NCBI RefSeq assembly: GCF_018688235.1
Contig: NZ_CP061313.1
Location: 1,570,538-1,602,537, forward strand
Direction: 5' to 3'
DNA from: Polynucleobacter sp. AP-Nino-20-G2
GTDB lineage: Bacteria > Pseudomonadota > Gammaproteobacteria > Burkholderiales > Burkholderiaceae
DNA length: 32,000 bases
Within the stretch, counting starts at the first letter, position 1; each line of letters starts with the position of its first letter. Under the pieces are notes generated by a model, which was not told the DNA's origin, searched no databases, and saw nothing but the letters and a program-made list of their open reading frames with translations. Shown one piece after another: positions 27,522 to 32,000 of the stretch. Both the position numbers and the translations under genes were made by a program.

Positions 27522-28700
27522 ATGCCCACAATCTTCGAACGCGATATCGTCAATGCTTTCTGTAAAGAAGCGCCGATAGAGATTATTTCTGACGACTCCG
27601 GTCCACTGAGTGGACTTACTTTTGGCGTGAAAGATGTATTTGATATTGCCAATGTTCCCACCGGATTCGGAAGCCCAGCTTGGCTTAATACACACCCCAT
27701 TCCCAGCAAGACCGCCCCTTTTATCTCAAGCCTTGTTGATGCTGGTGCATCACTAGTTGGCAAAACACATACTGATGAGCTGACCTATAGCATTTTGGGT
27801 ATAAACGCACATTACGGCACCCCTATAAATACGGCCGCTCCTGATAGAGCTCCGGGCGGATCATCCAGTGGATCAGCCGCTGCAGTTGCCGCCAAATTAG
27901 TTGACTTTGCTATTGGCTCAGATACTGGTGGCTCTGTTAGGACCCCAGCAAGTTTTTGCGGTATTTATGGCTTCCGCCCAACCCATGGCCGTATAAGCCT
28001 TGAGAATGCTCGTCCACTCGCAAAAAGTTTTGATACCTTAGGATGGTTTGCGCGCGATCCAGAAATTCTCCTGAGGGTTGGCGAAACCCTTCTCAATGAA
28101 ACTCGCGCTACTAAATCAAAACCATCCTACTTTTTCTTAAAAGAGGCATTTGATTTATTGCCCGCTAATGTTGCCGAACAGGCAAAAGAAGCTATTGCAC
28201 TTCGACTAGGAAATTCTCCAATTTCTACTGTGAGTATCGGTAATCATGACCTTCAAGAATGGGCAGAAACTTTCCGCATTCTTCAAGGAGCAGAAATCTG
28301 GAAAGAGCATGGGGAATGGGCCAAGGAGCACTTTAATGAAATGGGGCCGGGGATAAAAGAGCGCTTTGAGGCTGCTAGCTTGATCACGGAAGAGCAACGG
28401 AAAGCTGCCCTACTAAAAAAAATTCAAGTGATATCAATCCTTGATCAATTGCTCACCGAGAATACCTACCTCATACTGCCAACAGTAATTGATATTGCCC
28501 CTCGCCTGAATTCCACACCCGGCGAATTAGATGCCTTTCGAAAAAATAGCTTCAAACTACTATGCATCGCTGGTCTTTGTGGACTTCCACAAGTGACTTT
28601 ACCCTTGCTTACTGTTGAACATGCACCATTTGGGGTATCCATCCTGGCCAAGCAAAATATGGATATGCCCCTTTTGAGTGAAATCAGTGCACCAAAGTGA
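27522..28700 (+). CDS. amidase signature (AS) family amidase
   Basis: The GGSSSGSAAAVA signature and upstream GKTHTDELT (catalytic Lys region), 392 aa. Confidence 0.85.
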   Translation: MPTIFERDIVNAFCKEAPIEIISDDSGPLSGLTFGVKDVFDIANVPTGFGSPAWLNTHPIPSKTAPFISSLVDAGASLVGKTHTDELTYSILGINAHYGTPINTAAPDRAPGGSSSGSAAAVAAKLVDFAIGSDTGGSVRTPASFCGIYGFRPTHGRISLENARPLAKSFDTLGWFARDPEILLRVGETLLNETRATKSKPSYFFLKEAFDLLPANVAEQAKEAIALRLGNSPISTVSIGNHDLQEWAETFRILQGAEIWKEHGEWAKEHFNEMGPGIKERFEAASLITEEQRKAALLKKIQVISILDQLLTENTYLILPTVIDIAPRLNSTPGELDAFRKNSFKLLCIAGLCGLPQVTLPLLTVEHAPFGVSILAKQNMDMPLLSEISAPK

Positions 28701-28767
28701 AGAATAGTAATCGTTAACACCTACAAGTTAGCCTTAGGATGCATACATTACTTAAAGGAATGGATGC

Positions 28768-29763
28768 ATGAACACAAAACAATACTCAAGACGTAATGCT
28801 TTAGTACTCGGACTTAAATCTAGTCTTGCTTTGGCCATGGGATCTATGGGCCTTAGCGCAAAAGCACAAGAAAAGAAGTTACTAATTGGTTATTGGCCAA
28901 TTGCAGCTGGTCTACCTTTTTATGCTGCTGTAGAACGCGGCCTCTTTAAGCAAGCCGGAGTAAATGTCGAGGCTGTGAAGTTTGCAAGCCCAAACCAGGT
29001 AGTTGAAGCCATGATCGCTGGCAGGATTGATGGTTGCGCAAACGGGGTAGCCATTACAGCGCTTGCCTTAGCGGATGCCCAGTCACCTGGCTCAATCAAA
29101 TTCACCTGCATGAATTATGCAAACGAAAAATATATCTTGGACCAAGTGATTGTTCCAATCAATTCCAGCATTAAAGGAATTTCTGAACTTGCTGGTAAAA
29201 AAGTGGCTTGTGGCCCTGGAATTAATAACGTTACCCTTGCTAAAGCTGTACTCGCAGGGGCAGGAGCAACCAATGCGCAAGTCATTGAATTACCGATTGC
29301 TCAAATTCTTCCAGCTTTAGTAGCCGGTCAAATTGATGGCGCTTATGTACTAGAGCCAACTGCCGTTATTGGAAAACAACAAAAAATCTCTCGCTCAATT
29401 GGCGCAGGAGTTGTATCGAAATATGTTTTGGGTGACAACCTTCCATGGATTGGTGGTGCTGCTGCCCTAAACACAAAGACACTCAAAGAAAAAGCTGACT
29501 TAGTTAATGGATTCCTTAAGGGATATGCGGGGGGTGTTGATTATGTTCGCAAAGAAGGTATGGCTGCTAATCAATACCTAAAGGGCTACACAGCGATTGA
29601 CGGTGATTTAGCAAAAGAAGTACCAATTAGCGGATACATTCAATATAACGAAGTGAAAGCTGCTGATGTAAAGGCTTTGCAAAGATTATTTGATGTCTTT
29701 ACCGAGCGTAAGGTGTTTGAAAAACCGATCTCGGCACTAACACTCATCTACAAGCAGTCCTAA
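28768..29763 (+). CDS. ABC transporter substrate-binding protein (NitT/TauT family)
   Basis: A signal peptide and periplasmic-binding-protein pattern, immediately followed by the cognate permease and ATPase. Confidence 0.75.
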   Translation: MNTKQYSRRNALVLGLKSSLALAMGSMGLSAKAQEKKLLIGYWPIAAGLPFYAAVERGLFKQAGVNVEAVKFASPNQVVEAMIAGRIDGCANGVAITALALADAQSPGSIKFTCMNYANEKYILDQVIVPINSSIKGISELAGKKVACGPGINNVTLAKAVLAGAGATNAQVIELPIAQILPALVAGQIDGAYVLEPTAVIGKQQKISRSIGAGVVSKYVLGDNLPWIGGAAALNTKTLKEKADLVNGFLKGYAGGVDYVRKEGMAANQYLKGYTAIDGDLAKEVPISGYIQYNEVKAADVKALQRLFDVFTERKVFEKPISALTLIYKQS

Positions 29764-29765
29764 TA

Positions 29766-30539
29766 ATGAATTTGAAACATCGTAAGCACCTATTTATGGT
29801 GCTTCCCTTTATTGGGCCGATCCTGCTTTATCTACTCTGGTCACTAACACTATCGGCCAAGTGGGTATCACCAACCTTGCTACCTGCTCCGGATGCAACC
29901 TTTGAATACATGGGTCACCTTTTTGTTACGGGCGCTATTTTCAAGGACCTCTGGGCTACTGTTCTTCGTACCTTCTATGCATTTCTGATTGCATGCGTTA
30001 TTGGCGTTCCTCTTGGAGTCATTTTAGGCAGCTCAGTACCAGCCTACAGAAGTGTTGAATTTTTGATTGATTTTTTCAGATCAACACCATCTTCAGCATT
30101 GATTCCTTTGTTTATGCTGATCTTCGGTATTACTGATATTAATAAAATTGCTATCGCTGCTTTTGCAGCTGTACTTGTCATTCTCTTCAATAGCGCGTAT
30201 GGCGTAATGAATGCTAAGAAAACTCGAGTGATGGCTGCCAAGACTATGGGCATTAGTAACTTCCATATCTTCAAGGACGTACTGCTCATGGAAAGCCTAC
30301 CGCAAACCTTTGTAGGACTTAGAACCGGTGTATCTCTCGCACTGGTCATTGTGATTGTTGCCGAGATGTTCATTGGATCTGAGGCTGGTCTTGGACATCG
30401 AATTATCGATGCCCAGCAAGTCTTCAATATCAAAGATATGTATAGCTCAATCCTTATTACCGGCGCTCTTGGTTACGCTCTCAATTTAATCTTTATGGCA
30501 ACTGAATCGAAGTTAGTTCACTGGAGCGGAAAAGCATGA
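29766..30539 (+). CDS. ABC transporter permease (NitT/TauT family)
   Basis: A 257-aa protein with a six-TM profile and an EAA-like loop (AAKTMGISNFHIFKDVLLMESLPQ). Confidence 0.8.
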   Translation: MNLKHRKHLFMVLPFIGPILLYLLWSLTLSAKWVSPTLLPAPDATFEYMGHLFVTGAIFKDLWATVLRTFYAFLIACVIGVPLGVILGSSVPAYRSVEFLIDFFRSTPSSALIPLFMLIFGITDINKIAIAAFAAVLVILFNSAYGVMNAKKTRVMAAKTMGISNFHIFKDVLLMESLPQTFVGLRTGVSLALVIVIVAEMFIGSEAGLGHRIIDAQQVFNIKDMYSSILITGALGYALNLIFMATESKLVHWSGKA

Positions 30540-31306
30540 GTCAAAATCCGCCACGCACGCACGTCACTATTAAGAACTTATGCAAAGAGTTTGGCGGCGC
30601 AACCCTTTATAAAGACTTTAATTTTGAAATTCCGTATGGAAAGATTGTTTCTATATTTGGTCCAAATGGATGTGGAAAATCTACCCTCATTAATATGATC
30701 GCAGGGTTAATACCCTATGACTCTGGTCAGGTTTTGTTTGATGGAAAAGATTTAAAAGATACCAAGATTGGTTATGTATTTCAAAACTACAGAGATGCTC
30801 TATTTCCGTGGATGAGTTCCCGTGACAATATCGCCTATCCGCTGAGGCGCACTGGAATGAGCGAGGCTAAGGTAGCAGCTCGCGTTGAAGAATTGGTTCA
30901 GCTATTTGAAATTAGATTCAATCTGGATCTATACCCTTATGAGCTGTCTGGGGGGCAACAGCAAACCATATCAATCATGAGGGCCTTAGCGCCCAAGCCA
31001 GAGATACTCTTCTTAGATGAGCCATTCTCAGCCTTAGACTTTGAAATGACACTTTTCATCAGAGAAAAGCTGCAAGAAGCCAATATTGCTACCGGAACAA
31101 CGATGATGATCGTCTCACATGATCTTGAGGATGCAGTCTTTCTAGCTGATGAAATCCTCCTTCTCACAAGAAGGCCAACGGCGATTGCCTCTCTTTTGTA
31201 TTTTGATATGCCAAAACCACGCTTACCTGAAGCAGTGAGTCATCCCGATTTCATTCAGATCAAATCAAAAGCACTTGAAATCTTTCAGGCAGAGATGCGA
31301 AAATAA
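30536..31306 (+). CDS. ABC transporter ATP-binding protein
   Basis: Walker A GPNGCGKST, signature LSGGQQQ, Walker B ILFLDEPFSALD, and an H-loop VSHD. Confidence 0.85.
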   Translation: MSQNPPRTHVTIKNLCKEFGGATLYKDFNFEIPYGKIVSIFGPNGCGKSTLINMIAGLIPYDSGQVLFDGKDLKDTKIGYVFQNYRDALFPWMSSRDNIAYPLRRTGMSEAKVAARVEELVQLFEIRFNLDLYPYELSGGQQQTISIMRALAPKPEILFLDEPFSALDFEMTLFIREKLQEANIATGTTMMIVSHDLEDAVFLADEILLLTRRPTAIASLLYFDMPKPRLPEAVSHPDFIQIKSKALEIFQAEMRK

Positions 31307-31311
31307 GCCTC

Positions 31312-31737
31312 ATGGAAAGCAAAAAGTCGCTTGTAGGGACATGGAAACTATTCTCCTATGAGGTTGAGGTCAAAGAATCTGGTGAGTTTTTTTATCCTCT
31401 GGGAGAAAATCCTACTGGATTCATCTGCATTACTGAGAACAACCATGTCATGGTGACGCTTACTGGTGAAGGTCGGAAGCCAGCCTCAAGCAGCGAAGAC
31501 AGTACAGAGTTATTAAATAGCTTAGTGTCCTATGCAGGTACTTATCGCATAGAGGGTAATGAGTGGATCACGAGCGTTCAGGTTGCCTGGAAGCCTGATT
31601 GGGTTAACACCGAGCAAAGACGTCAATTTGAAATCAAAGATAACCATCTGCGTGTTTTGACTACTTGGCGCGTCATGCCTAATTGGGCAGATAAAGGTCT
31701 ACAGCGTAGCATTTTGACCTTTGTTAAAACAGATTAA
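31312..31737 (+). CDS. lipocalin-like domain protein
   Basis: The N-terminus LVGTWKLFSYEVE... and the 141-aa size resemble the bacterial lipocalin-like domain family. Function is unknown. Confidence 0.5.
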   Translation: MESKKSLVGTWKLFSYEVEVKESGEFFYPLGENPTGFICITENNHVMVTLTGEGRKPASSSEDSTELLNSLVSYAGTYRIEGNEWITSVQVAWKPDWVNTEQRRQFEIKDNHLRVLTTWRVMPNWADKGLQRSILTFVKTD

Positions 31738-32000
31738 CCTTCTCCCAAATACTCGCTAATCATTTCTTCTGATTGCAACAGATCTGCTGCATTACCTTCT
31801 AAGGTAATTTTTCCAGAAGAAAATACATATCCACGATCAGCAATCTGCAATACGGTTTTCGCGAACTGATCTACCACCATTAATCCTGTACCCTCGCCTG
31901 CAATTTTTTGGATTGCCTGATAAACCTCAGCCACTAGCTTAGGCGCAAGGCCTAAGGATGGCTCATCTAATAGAAGCAAGTCTGGCGCAGACATCATTGC
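31734..32000 (-). CDS. branched-chain amino acid ABC transporter ATP-binding protein (LivF-like), C-terminal part; gene continues beyond the window
   Basis: Walker B LLLLDEPSLGLAP is followed by the typical LivF C-terminus (GKITLEGNAADLLQSEEMISEYLG). Confidence 0.75.
   Translation of the reverse strand, partial: AMMSAPDLLLLDEPSLGLAPKLVAEVYQAIQKIAGEGTGLMVVDQFAKTVLQIADRGYVFSSGKITLEGNAADLLQSEEMISEYLGEG

Noticed and set aside
27432-27763. ORFs 27432..27695 and 27509..27763 on the minus strand
   Set aside because: They overlap the 5' part of the well-supported amidase gene and the hydrolase/amidase divergent promoter region, and have no recognisable motifs.

Overview
This window looks like a low-GC betaproteobacterial (Burkholderiales-like) chromosome; the taxon guess rests only on Bug/TctC, porin and gene-content style. 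It has four parts. (1) 1-4.1 kb is an integration hotspot around a minus-strand tRNA-Ile-like gene (404..703). A 223-nt group I intron resembling the Azoarcus tRNA-Ile intron splits this gene in the anticodon loop. Nearby are a duplicated copy of exactly the tRNA 3' exon (3132..3171), repeated junction motifs, two ~240-bp palindrome-rich repeat units, an autotransporter gene and a truncated porin gene. (2) 4.3-18.4 kb is one co-directional minus-strand cluster covering benzoate to the TCA cycle: catBCA, benABCDE, pcaIJ, pcaF, pcaD, an aromatic-acid MFS transporter and a Bug-family binding protein, with a divergent CatR/BenM-type LysR regulator. (3) ~18.4-26.6 kb is an accessory island of mostly unrecognisable genes. 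It holds a tightly packed four-gene operon (unknown protein, stand-alone AAA+ ATPase, two paralogous proteins each with two NUMOD1-like HTH modules). It also holds a short catalytic-domain-only tyrosine recombinase, a 380-bp structured non-coding gap, several small or acidic ORFs and an ExoX-like DEDDh exonuclease. (4) 26.6-32 kb carries an alpha/beta hydrolase, an amidase, a NitT/TauT-type ABC importer, a lipocalin-like protein and a partial LivF-like ATPase. The most interesting signals are the intron-split tRNA with a genomic TAT anticodon, the att-like repeat architecture that brackets the whole catabolic cluster, a CGTTACT-N3-AGTAACG palindrome present four times, and the uncharacterised island operon. 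All similarity statements come from reading the sequence and from memory. No searches were run.
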